Of a DNA stretch of 64,000 nt, positions 50,418 through 59,081 are shown piece after piece. Every line of letters starts with the position of its first letter. The first letter of the stretch is position 1. The notes under the pieces are model-generated. The model saw only the letters and a program-made list of their open reading frames with translations. It was not told where the DNA came from and searched no databases. The position numbers were made by a program, and so were the translations under genes. Where the stretch lies: the NCBI GenBank assembly GCA_903944345.1, contig CAJARJ010000015.1, positions 70,433 through 134,432 on the forward strand. The letters are read 5' to 3'. This stretch comes from Candidatus Omnitrophota bacterium (GTDB taxonomy: Bacteria > Omnitrophota > Gorgyraeia > Zapsychrales > Fredricksoniimonadaceae).

Positions 50418-50579
50418 CTAATCTGCCGCCCCACATCCACAGGCTTTGTTTTTCACACAATCCTTCTTTTCTCCATACTGGGGATTCTGCCATTCTTCGT
50501 CTCCATATTTGGCAGACTGCTTTTCTTTGCCCGGCTTCTCCCTGCCCATCTCGAACTTCTCCTTAGATTTGTTCTTCAT
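50418..50579 (-). CDS. Small hypothetical protein (53 aa, not in ORF track)
   Basis: MKNKSKEK...YGDEEWQNPQYG...CVKNKACGCG; RBS AAGGAG. Confidence 0.65.
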   Translation of the reverse strand: MKNKSKEKFEMGREKPGKEKQSAKYGDEEWQNPQYGEKKDCVKNKACGCGAAD

Positions 50580-50663
50580 ACGTTCTCCTTGCTAGAAGGT
50601 GTTTCTGACATAAAATTTTCCAAAGCAATTATGGCAAGACTACACAGCATTCCTCTCTCCTTT

Positions 50664-50921
50664 CTATTCATTAACATTCAACCCTGATACATCTGACAAC
50701 GACATCGTATAGCCTTGAGCACTTTCATAGTCAGTCACTATCGCCTCGGTATAAACAATAGCCGCGCCATTTCTGGCACGCAGCACCAGAAGATCAAGTA
50801 CATCCCGTCGAGGCATCCCGTTACTGGAAGAGGACGTCCGGGTCATGGGGGCCACTCCCAGACGATTTCTGAACGTAATATTCTTAATTCGAAGTTCGGA
50901 AAACAAACCATCATTCTTCAT
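50664..50921 (-). pseudogene. Truncated NADH:flavin oxidoreductase (OYE family)
   Basis: LFSELRIKNITFRNRLGVAPMTR...RARNGAAIVYTEA...QGY then similarity lost; family is about 350-400 aa. Confidence 0.75.
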
Positions 50922-50949
50922 ATCTCTGCTCCTTGCACTTTTTAATGTC

Positions 50950-51579
50950 TTACCTGCCAAGATTGTCTGCCGCGAACTCCCAATTAATCAATTTCCCAAG
51001 AACAATATCCACATAATCGATGCGCCGATTATGATAGTCGAGATAATAGGCATGCTCCCATATGTCGATATTTAACAGCGGCTTCATCCCTTTAGTCAGA
51101 GGTGTATCAGCATTACTGGTCTTAACAACCTTGAGCCTGTCTCCATCCAATACCAGCCAGGCCCAACCGCTGCCAAACTGGCTGTTGGCAGCCGCCGCCA
51201 ACTCCTTCCTGCATTGATCTACGGTATTAAAAGCTTCTTCGATCTTTTTCTTCAGGACTGCGGGCGGTTCACCGCCCCCCTTTGGCCTCAAACTGCTCCA
51301 GTAAAACGTGTGATTCCATGTTTGTGCAGCATTATTAAAAATTGCTGTCTTATCGACTTTACCAGCCGTCTCTGCAATGATCTGTTCCAATGGCATGCTG
51401 ACAAGTGCAGTGCCTGCTATCAGCTTGTTCAAATTGTCTGCATAAGCTTTATGATGCTTGCCGTAATGGAAACTTATTGTCTGTGCGGATATGACCGGAT
51501 CGAGTGCGTTCGGCGCGTACGGTAAAGGTGAAAGAATATGTCCGGATACCTTTTCGTTTGCTGTATTGTTCATGTTCAT
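50950..51579 (-). CDS. sodB: Fe/Mn superoxide dismutase (Fe-type residues)
   Basis: [32 protein letters not shown]. Confidence 0.93.
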   Translation of the reverse strand: MNMNNTANEKVSGHILSPLPYAPNALDPVISAQTISFHYGKHHKAYADNLNKLIAGTALVSMPLEQIIAETAGKVDKTAIFNNAAQTWNHTFYWSSLRPKGGGEPPAVLKKKIEEAFNTVDQCRKELAAAANSQFGSGWAWLVLDGDRLKVVKTSNADTPLTKGMKPLLNIDIWEHAYYLDYHNRRIDYVDIVLGKLINWEFAADNLGR

Positions 51580-51657
51580 TCTCCTTATGAGTTAAGTTTC
51601 CCTCTGCACTTGCTGCGGATCAGACCGTTTTGCATGCAATTTTTGCTATCCTGATGG

Positions 51658-51706
51658 ATTATATAAAAGCTATAAATTCGAGCAATTGTACTCGGGTATA
51701 CACAGG
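51658..51706 (-). promoter_or_regulatory. Regulon box 6 plus promoter (sod)
   Basis: TTGTACTCGGGTATAC 51686-51701; minus TTGCTC-16-TATAAT. Confidence 0.8.
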
Positions 51707-51770
51707 AATTTTACTGGGGTCGCGAGAAGCCGGAAGGAAGGGGTTATACGTCTGGGAACAACTCGTTAGA

Positions 51771-52280
51771 TCATAAATAGTACTCTTCTGCACGATAGCC
51801 AAATTCTGCATTCTCGGCCCAGTACTCCGGCTTTATAACCATTTCAATAATATTCTCCATGATCTGTCGATGGGCCTTCTCCTCGGCGGTGATGAGCAGA
51901 AACGCGGCCCGTGCAGCTTCGTCCGCTGCCGTACGGGCGCCTTCTTCGTAAAGCCGAACGCTCTTTTCCTCGACATCAAGGGCGTGTCGATAAAGTTCAA
52001 TCTGTGGGGTCTTGCTGTTCAGCCCGGGATTGGCATCTTTCCAGCCAAGAAAAATATTCCTCACTCCCTGAAGATCGGAACTTTTCTCGTTCGCGAGGGG
52101 GCCTCCCTGTTTGATTTTTTGGAAAACTTCGTAGTGTCTTTTCTCCTGATCAGCAAGCCAGGTAAAAATATAAATAGCGCCTTTATCCGAAAGAGCGTTT
52201 GCAAAAGCCCTGTACAGCAACTCGCCCTGCCGCTCAATATTCATAGCCTGGTCAATAATATCCATACCTTTTCCTTTCAT
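51771..52280 (-). CDS. Ferritin/rubrerythrin-like diiron protein
   Basis: E..G..LY, LADQEKRH, EEKSVRLY, EEKAH. Confidence 0.85.
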   Translation of the reverse strand: MKGKGMDIIDQAMNIERQGELLYRAFANALSDKGAIYIFTWLADQEKRHYEVFQKIKQGGPLANEKSSDLQGVRNIFLGWKDANPGLNSKTPQIELYRHALDVEEKSVRLYEEGARTAADEAARAAFLLITAEEKAHRQIMENIIEMVIKPEYWAENAEFGYRAEEYYL

Positions 52281-52381
52281 TACCCGTCATTGTATTCTCG
52301 CAAAAATGCTGCCAGTCTGCGGCCAAGCACCTGGGCAGCGGGTTGATGCGTTAACCCCGGCAGCACAAATACAATAGACAG

Positions 52382-53245
52382 TCAATGTCTCATCTTGTCG
52401 ACAATACGGTTAACAGCTTCAAGATTCGGCTTTCTCTGGAAAAGGGGCGCTTTGTCCTGCTGGTAAGCGGCCAGTTGATCTTCAAACACAGGCTTCCCTG
52501 TCTGCTGGTAAAAGATCCCCAATGGAAACCTCCCGGTTTCGATCGCCCGTTCAAAGGCCTGCATTCGGTTATGCGTGTCATGAGAATCATCAAGAAAATA
52601 TGTCCGGTCACGAAACCACTGGTATGTATTGATCTTGTTAAATGTTACACACGGCTGAAAGACGTCAACCAGGGCGTAACCTTTATGAAGAATGGCTTTC
52701 TTTACTATTTCCCTGAAATGATCCTTGAATCCCATAAAAACCCTGGCCACAAAAGACGCATCTAATGCAATAGCCACAGCGAGCGGGTTGAACGGTTCGA
52801 GAATCACGCCATTTACCTGGACCGGCGTCTTGAAGTCTCTGGCGCTTGTCGGCGAAGCCTGCCCCTTGGTAAGCCCATAGACCATATTGTTATGAACAAT
52901 ATTTGTAATATCCGGATTCCGGCGGATTGTATGAATAAAGTGATTCCCCCCTTCGCCATACATATCACCCTCCCCGCTGGTAACGACAACCGTCAGGGAT
53001 GGATTTGAAGCCTTGATTGCCGTAGCCGATGGCAGGGCGCGTCCATGCAGCCCGTTGAAATAATGAGCCCGCACATATTGGGGAAGCTTTGCGGCCTGTC
53101 CAATGCCGGAAACAAGAACAAATCTCTGCGGATCCGCTACAACCTCCGCCAGAATGTCCTTAAGCAGGTTCAGAATCCCGAAATTTCCACATCCCGCACA
53201 CCACGAAATTTCAGCTTGAGGAAAATCAAAGGCTTTACCTGACAT
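52382..53245 (-). CDS. 2-oxoacid:ferredoxin oxidoreductase beta subunit
   Basis: [22 protein letters not shown]...NN TPP motif, [11 protein letters not shown]. Confidence 0.94.
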   Translation of the reverse strand: MSGKAFDFPQAEISWCAGCGNFGILNLLKDILAEVVADPQRFVLVSGIGQAAKLPQYVRAHYFNGLHGRALPSATAIKASNPSLTVVVTSGEGDMYGEGGNHFIHTIRRNPDITNIVHNNMVYGLTKGQASPTSARDFKTPVQVNGVILEPFNPLAVAIALDASFVARVFMGFKDHFREIVKKAILHKGYALVDVFQPCVTFNKINTYQWFRDRTYFLDDSHDTHNRMQAFERAIETGRFPLGIFYQQTGKPVFEDQLAAYQQDKAPLFQRKPNLEAVNRIVDKMRH

Positions 53246-53252
53246 ACACACC

Positions 53253-54971
53253 TCACTCCTGTTCCCAGATCTGTCGGACAAGTTCCTCTACAGAAAAAGG
53301 AGCACCGTTGTATTTAAGGATTTTTTTGTGAACCGACAGCCCTGTTTCTCGTCTTAGAAGACCAGAAAACTGCCCGCCTGCATTATTTTCAATACAGATC
53401 ACTTCTTTTGCTTTCTTAATAAAGGGAATTGCCGTTTCAGGGAAAGGATAAACCTGCCTGAAATAAAGAAAAGCCATGTCCGGGTCTTTCTGCAGCTCCA
53501 GCGCCTCCAATATCGCATGGAACGTGGACCCCCAGGCAATAATCAACTTCTTATAATCTTTTGCACCATATAGTACAGGTGCCAAAACCTTTTCAAGGAG
53601 TAATTCATGCTTCTTCATCCGCTTGTCAACCATAGCCCTGCGAACAGCGCCATCCTCGGTTATATGGCCACTTTCATCGTGTTCGTCGCTGTCGACGCAG
53701 ACTATTCCCTGGCCGAAGCCGGGGATCCCTCGAGGAGACAATCCGCTTTGCGTAAACCGGTATCGTTTGTAATCCGGCTCTGTCTGAACCGGCTCGTTGG
53801 AGATGCTGGTGCTGACAACCGGAAGCTCGGCAAGAGTTTGATATAGATCAAGCAAGCCCTGGTCAGTCAAAATAAAAACGGGAACCTGATATCGATCTGC
53901 GAGACCAAAAGCCCAGGCAGTCAAAACAAAAACGTCCTCGATGGTACCAGGCGTAAGAATAGCCCTGGGAAACTCTCCATGCCCGGCATAAAGCGCCAGA
54001 TCCAGATCCCCCTGTTCCGTCCGTGTAGGAAGACCCGTCGCCGGACCTGGCCGTTGAGCCAAATGAATAACCATGGGAGACTCAATTGCCCCTGCGAGGC
54101 TAAGACCCTCTGACATCAGGGCAAACCCACCGCCAGATGTAGTCACCAGGGCCCGCCCACCGGCATACCAGCTGCCAAGCCCCATGTTGATAGCCGCAAT
54201 CTCGTCCTCAGCCTGCTCTACCACAATACCGAACTCATCTGCGTGCTGAGCCAGAAAAGTCAGAACACCGGTTGAAGGAGACATGGGATAAGATGCGAGA
54301 AAATTACATCCACCGACCACAGCGCCCAGCGCGGCGGCTTCATGCCCGCTTATAATAAGCTGCTTTTTAATATCAGCATTACGCTCAATCTGAATGGTTA
54401 GTTGATACCGGTCAACCGCTTGCAGACCGAAATTAAACCCGCGCTGCACGGCCAGACAATTCTTTTCAATAATATCCGCTTCTTTTTTAGCAAAAGAACT
54501 TCTGACCTGTACAATCACTTCTTCTGCAGAAATACCAAACAGAGCAGCAAGAAAACCGAGTGCCACCGTGTTGGAAAGTATCCGGTTGCCCAGTTCCCAT
54601 GCAATCTTTGAAAAGGGGACGGAAAAAATATCCCGTCCCTCTTCTTTATGGCTCTCTTCATTAACAATAATAATGGTCTTTGGAGAAAGCCGGTCTTTCA
54701 CATGATCAATGGCTCCAGGATCAAGCGCTACCAGCACATCTATCCTGTCAAGAAAAGCAACGACCGCTCGAGATGAAACACGAATCTCGGTAGTATTGGT
54801 CCCGCCACGAACGCGAGACATGTATTCCTTAGTCGCGGAAACATGATAGCCTGCGGACTTGAAGATCCGCATGAGGATTTGCTCAACAGTTTCAATCCCC
54901 TGTCCGGCCTCCCCCGCCAGAACAACGGAAACATCATGGTGAAAGATTCGCTTAACAGGCATAATGCTCAT
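53253..54971 (-). CDS. 2-oxoacid:ferredoxin oxidoreductase alpha subunit
   Basis: [36 protein letters not shown]. Confidence 0.95.
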   Translation of the reverse strand: MSIMPVKRIFHHDVSVVLAGEAGQGIETVEQILMRIFKSAGYHVSATKEYMSRVRGGTNTTEIRVSSRAVVAFLDRIDVLVALDPGAIDHVKDRLSPKTIIIVNEESHKEEGRDIFSVPFSKIAWELGNRILSNTVALGFLAALFGISAEEVIVQVRSSFAKKEADIIEKNCLAVQRGFNFGLQAVDRYQLTIQIERNADIKKQLIISGHEAAALGAVVGGCNFLASYPMSPSTGVLTFLAQHADEFGIVVEQAEDEIAAINMGLGSWYAGGRALVTTSGGGFALMSEGLSLAGAIESPMVIHLAQRPGPATGLPTRTEQGDLDLALYAGHGEFPRAILTPGTIEDVFVLTAWAFGLADRYQVPVFILTDQGLLDLYQTLAELPVVSTSISNEPVQTEPDYKRYRFTQSGLSPRGIPGFGQGIVCVDSDEHDESGHITEDGAVRRAMVDKRMKKHELLLEKVLAPVLYGAKDYKKLIIAWGSTFHAILEALELQKDPDMAFLYFRQVYPFPETAIPFIKKAKEVICIENNAGGQFSGLLRRETGLSVHKKILKYNGAPFSVEELVRQIWEQE

Positions 54972-55024
54972 AAAACGCTCCAGCCTTCTGTTAGTAAGAA
55001 TCCTTGTGTTAAACCTTACGAATT

Positions 55025-55071
55025 ATTGTAGGGGGGAACCGGAACGAGTCAATTGCACTACGGTATAACAG
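55025..55071 (-). promoter_or_regulatory. Regulon box 7 plus promoter (oxidoreductase operon)
   Basis: TTGCACTACGGTATAA 55053-55068; minus TTGACT-16-TACAAT. Confidence 0.8.
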
Positions 55072-55129
55072 ACAGGGGACGAAAAACCGAAGGAAAGGAA
55101 TTTGAACCAACCTACCAACATCAATAACA

Positions 55130-55293
55130 ATAGTGACTTGGCGAAGGCCTCTTGCCAATGCCAATGCCGTCAAAATCCCTGCCTGTCGTGAATGAATCAA
55201 GCTGTTGCGAAAAACAACAAGCATGTTGGGTCCCGAAACAATAATGACAAACCATCCGACAACAATAACGGTCAACCAATCGCTTAACCACAT
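55130..55293 (-). pseudogene. LysE/RhtB-family transporter N-terminal fragment
   Basis: SGPNMLVVFRNSLIHSRQAGILTALALARG resembles the PGP motif region; remainder missing. Confidence 0.65.
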
Positions 55294-55446
55294 ATACAAC
55301 TCCTTGTGCAACCTGCAATTCCGGAAAATGCCGGGCATGTTTTCCCTTGTTCGAAGATATTAATTGTCGTTCGACATCAATCAGAGCAATTTCTTTTCGC
55401 TACAATTAACTCCCCTGAAGGGATATCCCTGTTTCAACTATTTATC

Positions 55447-56496
55447 TTAAAGCGATGCCATATCGATCACGAAACGATATTTTACATCGCTTTTCAACAT
55501 CCGCTCGTACGCTTCATTGATATCCTGTATCTTGATCACTTCAATATCGGAGGTAATTTTATGCTTGCCGCAGAAATCCAGCATTTCCTGAGTTTCTTTA
55601 ATGCCGCCGATCACGGAACCCGCCACCGCTTTGCGCCCCATGATCAAAGAAACAGTATTCAGCATCGGATCCACATCTCCAAGAAAACCAACCAACACCA
55701 ACGTGCCGCCAAGCGCAAGTGTTGGCAAATACAGATTAAGATCATGCCTATACGGTACGGTATCAATAATCAGGTCAAATTTGCCCTTTACCGCCTCCAG
55801 CTGCTCCTTGTCGGTAGAAAGAACCACTTGCCTGGCACCCAGACGCCGCGCGTCTTTCTCCTTGCCTTTTGAACGGGTAAATAGCGTTGCTTCAGCACCT
55901 AGTGCTTTGGCCAATTTAAGTGCCATATGTCCAAGCCCACCAAGCCCGATAACTGCGACCGTGCTCTTCTTTCCCACTTTCCAGTGACGCAGGGGGGACC
56001 AGGTCGTGATCCCGGCGCAAAGAAGCGGGGCAGCACCTTTCAGGTCTATCCCCTTGGGAATCTTGACGACAAACTTGTCCGACACCACGATCTTGTCGGA
56101 ATACCCGCCATAGGTCGGCAGTTTATCGTGACGGTCATGCCCGTTATAAGTAAAGGTGGGCGCTTCTTCACAGTATTGTTCCAACCCCTGCTCACAAGCC
56201 TCGCAGTGCTGGCAGGAATCGACCATACAGCCAACACCAACCTGATCACCGACTTTAAACCGCTTTACCTTATTTCCAACACTTGAAACACGGCCAACGA
56301 TCTCATGCCCAGGCACCATCGGATAGATACCCGGGAACCAATCATCCCGAACCTGATGCAAATCTGAATGACAAACGCCGCAATACAGAATGTCGATCAC
56401 CACATCATTGTCGCGTGGATCGCGCCGGGTAAAACTGAGCGGGGCCAACTTCACCTTGGGGGCCTTTGCCGCATAACCGCTGACTTTTATCGCCAT
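55447..56496 (-). CDS. NADP-dependent zinc alcohol dehydrogenase (cinnamyl ADH/YahK-like)
   Basis: CGVCHSD, GHE, CQHCEAC...C, APLLCAG, GLGGLG, DVKYRFVID. Confidence 0.95.
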   Translation of the reverse strand: MAIKVSGYAAKAPKVKLAPLSFTRRDPRDNDVVIDILYCGVCHSDLHQVRDDWFPGIYPMVPGHEIVGRVSSVGNKVKRFKVGDQVGVGCMVDSCQHCEACEQGLEQYCEEAPTFTYNGHDRHDKLPTYGGYSDKIVVSDKFVVKIPKGIDLKGAAPLLCAGITTWSPLRHWKVGKKSTVAVIGLGGLGHMALKLAKALGAEATLFTRSKGKEKDARRLGARQVVLSTDKEQLEAVKGKFDLIIDTVPYRHDLNLYLPTLALGGTLVLVGFLGDVDPMLNTVSLIMGRKAVAGSVIGGIKETQEMLDFCGKHKITSDIEVIKIQDINEAYERMLKSDVKYRFVIDMASL

Positions 56497-56629
56497 AGAA
56501 TTTCTCCTTCTATCAAATCCTGTTAATTTTCAAACTATGCCCTTCCCATGAAGCAAACTCATCGTACCAAAAGGGCGCGGTTACCACTCAAAAGAAACTG
56601 AATATCGGCCTTCATTTTCTCCCCGGAAT

Positions 56630-57163
56630 TTAATGGGCGACGTCCAGACAATGCTTTCGGATCGCAGAAATCTCGGCCTGAGCAAGCCCCAGCGATTCCA
56701 GAAAGTCCTGGTGCGCCTCGGGGGATGACTTCTCAAACTCGGCGTGCCAACGGATCATCCCCTTATCATCAAGGCCGGCCTTGCGCAAACAGGCGACCCA
56801 TTTCTCCTTGGTCAGAACCCGAGTCGAAGAAGACATCTCGGGTGTTCCCAAAAGTGACAAAATCTGCTGCTGCTGCTCGCGAAGACGCCGGATATCGCCA
56901 TTAAGGCCTTCCAGCCTTTTGCGAAGAACCCCCTCCCGATGAGAAGACTTGTGCCCAAGGGTCTTTTGAATATCCCGCAAACACAGCCCCGCGTTACGCA
57001 AACAGGAGATCTCTTTCATGAGCAGAAGATCTTTTTCCGTGTATACACGATACCCGGCAGAGCTCCTTCCCCTCGGCGAAAGCAACCCGATCTCATCGTA
57101 GTATAAAAGAGCAGTTCTTGAAAGACCGAATTGTTTGGCAACAGCAGAAATGGTATAGGTCAT
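56630..57163 (-). CDS. MerR-family transcriptional regulator
   Basis: YTISAVAKQFGLSRTALLYYDEIGLL...GYRVY, coiled coil, small C-terminal effector domain. Confidence 0.93.
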   Translation of the reverse strand: MTYTISAVAKQFGLSRTALLYYDEIGLLSPRGRSSAGYRVYTEKDLLLMKEISCLRNAGLCLRDIQKTLGHKSSHREGVLRKRLEGLNGDIRRLREQQQQILSLLGTPEMSSSTRVLTKEKWVACLRKAGLDDKGMIRWHAEFEKSSPEAHQDFLESLGLAQAEISAIRKHCLDVAH

Positions 57164-57175
57164 AAACCCCCTTTA

Positions 57176-57215
57176 AAAAGGCCCCCGTTCCGCCGCAAGC
57201 CGACGGAACGAAGGC
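57176..57215 (-). terminator. Hairpin/terminator between small gene and merR
   Basis: Minus strand GCCTTCGTTCCGTCG-GCTTG-CGGCGGAACGGGGGC then CTTTTT. Confidence 0.7.
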
Positions 57216-57224
57216 AAAATCCTG

Positions 57225-57401
57225 TTATTTCCCTCTTGCAGCCTTGATCTGTCCGGCATCAAGCCCAAGCCATTCCAGGAAACTCTGGTGCCCGTCAGGA
57301 TATCTGGCCTCAAAAAGCTGATGCCACTTCTGCATCTCACTTTCAGAAAGGCCTACTTCGCGAAAAAGCCCCTTCCATTGCTCGACCGTTACCGCTTTCA
57401 T
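57225..57401 (-). CDS. 58-aa stand-alone homolog of the adjacent MerR C-terminal domain
   Basis: MKAVTVEQW...WHQLFE...PDGHQSFLEWLGL; 23/55 identities to MerR C-terminus by hand alignment; RBS AAGGA. Confidence 0.88.
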   Translation of the reverse strand: MKAVTVEQWKGLFREVGLSESEMQKWHQLFEARYPDGHQSFLEWLGLDAGQIKAARGK

Positions 57402-57461
57402 CTTGCTTCCTTTCGTTATTTTGTCTTCCCAATTTATCGACCATGGCCAATGGTTAACGAA

Positions 57462-57492
57462 AGAATAAACTATCAAGTGATAGTCAGGTCAA
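57462..57492 (-). promoter_or_regulatory. MerR-type promoter (19-bp spacer with dyad)
   Basis: TTGACC-19-TATTCT containing ACTATCA-NN-TGATAGT (57469-57484). Confidence 0.88.
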
Positions 57493-57582
57493 GAATCTTT
57501 TTTGCTCCTGTGCCGTCTTTACGCCCGACCGCAGACAGGGAAAAGTCAAAATTTGGTCAATACGACATCTTTCGCCTAACTT

Positions 57583-58164
57583 TCACTTTATTTTAACAAG
57601 AATTTCTGCAAGTCTACGACCCAGTGCTTCAATAGCAGCTTGCTGTTTGACATCCTTAAGTGCCCCATTTGCATTAAAAGCCTCGTCAGCCTTGGAAACC
57701 GCCATCTGCTCGGAAAGAACAAGGACCTGAATATTGGAAAGAATGGAGCGGACTTGTACCAATCCCCTCAGCCCTCCAAGAACTCCTGGGGAAGCGCTCA
57801 TGATCACCGCCACTTTTCCGGCAAAACAGGCTAACGGCGTCTCCTCGGGTAACGGTCGGGAGGCCCAATCAATTGCGTTCTTCAGAACCCCGCTTATTCC
57901 ACTGTTGTACTCAGGCGCAGAAATTAAAAGCCCATCGTGTTCCACCAGCAATGCCCTGAATTTCTTAACATTCTCAGAAAGACCCTGCTGAACTTCCAGG
58001 TCTCCATCATAAAGCGACATCGGCAGATCACGGAGGTCAAGGTAAGTTACTGTTGCCCCGGCGGCATGTGCTCCAGACGCCGCTATCTTAACAAGCTTCT
58101 TATTAAGGGAGTCGATGCGCGTACTCCCGGAAAATGCTAAAATTTTTGGTTTAGTTGTTTGCAT
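57583..58164 (-). CDS. NADPH-dependent FMN reductase (ChrR-like)
   Basis: FSGSTR..S.N, APEYN, LKNAIDWASR, SASPG..GG. Confidence 0.93.
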   Translation of the reverse strand: MQTTKPKILAFSGSTRIDSLNKKLVKIAASGAHAAGATVTYLDLRDLPMSLYDGDLEVQQGLSENVKKFRALLVEHDGLLISAPEYNSGISGVLKNAIDWASRPLPEETPLACFAGKVAVIMSASPGVLGGLRGLVQVRSILSNIQVLVLSEQMAVSKADEAFNANGALKDVKQQAAIEALGRRLAEILVKIK

Positions 58165-58240
58165 AGTACCCTCCTTATTCACGTTTGGATTCCAATTCTG
58201 TTAACCTCCCTAAGTTCCGCCTTGTTCCTGGCGATTAAAC

Positions 58241-58384
58241 TTATTTCCGTTCGTTAATGACCTGCAGAAGAATAACGATAACGGCAATCGCAAGCAAGAT
58301 GTGAATAAGTCCTCCCATTGTGTAAGACGAAACCAGTCCTATCAGCCAAAGCACAACTAAAATAACGGCAATTGTGTACAACAT
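58241..58384 (-). CDS. lmo0937-family small membrane protein (copy 2)
   Basis: MLYTIAVILVVLWLIGLVSSYTMGGLIHILLAIAVIVILLQVINERK; RBS AAGGAG. Confidence 0.9.
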   Translation of the reverse strand: MLYTIAVILVVLWLIGLVSSYTMGGLIHILLAIAVIVILLQVINERK

Positions 58385-58430
58385 ATATGTTCTCCTTCCA
58401 TTGGGCAGTGACTTCCTGGAATTCGGCACA

Positions 58431-58477
58431 ATGATACGCCACATAAAAAAAGAAACAATTAGACCCGGGTATAACAA
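58431..58477 (-). promoter_or_regulatory. Regulon box 8 plus promoter (lmo0937-FMN reductase)
   Basis: TTAGACCCGGGTATAA 58459-58474; minus TTGTTT-16-TATCAT. Confidence 0.75.
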
Positions 58478-58505
58478 AATAGAAACTGTGGAAGAATGAG
58501 GAATT

Positions 58506-58622
58506 CTAGGAAGAAACAATGCTCGCTTTCTGGGCGAAGTGGACAAGCTCGGTGACAGTCTTGGCCTGCATCTTGTGCATGACCCGGCCACGGTGGACCT
58601 TGATCGTCTGAAGGGCGGTCAA
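58506..58622 (-). pseudogene. C-terminal LuxR-HTH relic of a FixJ/StyR/NodW-type response regulator
   Basis: Hand translation LTALQTIKVHRGRVMHKMQAKTVTELVHFAQKASIVSS*; receiver domain absent. Confidence 0.85.
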
Positions 58623-58706
58623 CTGCGTCCAGAAGCAAGCATGCAGGAAGTCTGGAGTGCTTGAAAGAAAGAAATTCTTCTGCGCAATAAAATAAATGAG
58701 ATATCA

Positions 58707-59081
58707 TTAAGATTGAATCGGCTCAATGAGACGTATTTTTTCAAATAATAACTCAATGTCAAAAGGTTTATTTATAATGCCCGCGACCAGTCTTGACATG
58801 TTCTTATCCGCATCTAACATATCTATATCCAACATGCCGGAAATGATAAACACGGCGCACCGGGGGTGCTTGTTTTTTGCCATTTTCAACAGATCAATCC
58901 CATTCAATCCCTTCATTTTATAATCAAAAAGACAGACATCATACCCATTTTTCTCTATCAGGAGAGCACCTTCCCTGCTGTCCGTTGTATTATCAACAAG
59001 ATACCCTTCCTCACGAAGAAGCATGGCTAATGAATGGCCAACGTTCTTATCATCATCTACTATCAGGATTTCTTTTGGCAT
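58707..59081 (-). CDS. Single-domain response regulator
   Basis: ILIVDDD, DYKMKGLNG, ISG, KPF. Confidence 0.9.
   Translation of the reverse strand: MPKEILIVDDDKNVGHSLAMLLREEGYLVDNTTDSREGALLIEKNGYDVCLFDYKMKGLNGIDLLKMAKNKHPRCAVFIISGMLDIDMLDADKNMSRLVAGIINKPFDIELLFEKIRLIEPIQS

Noticed and set aside
50629-50644. Box 5 as a confident regulon site
   Set aside because: Only the flanks (GCAATT...ACAG) match and no good -10 follows; kept as weak candidate only
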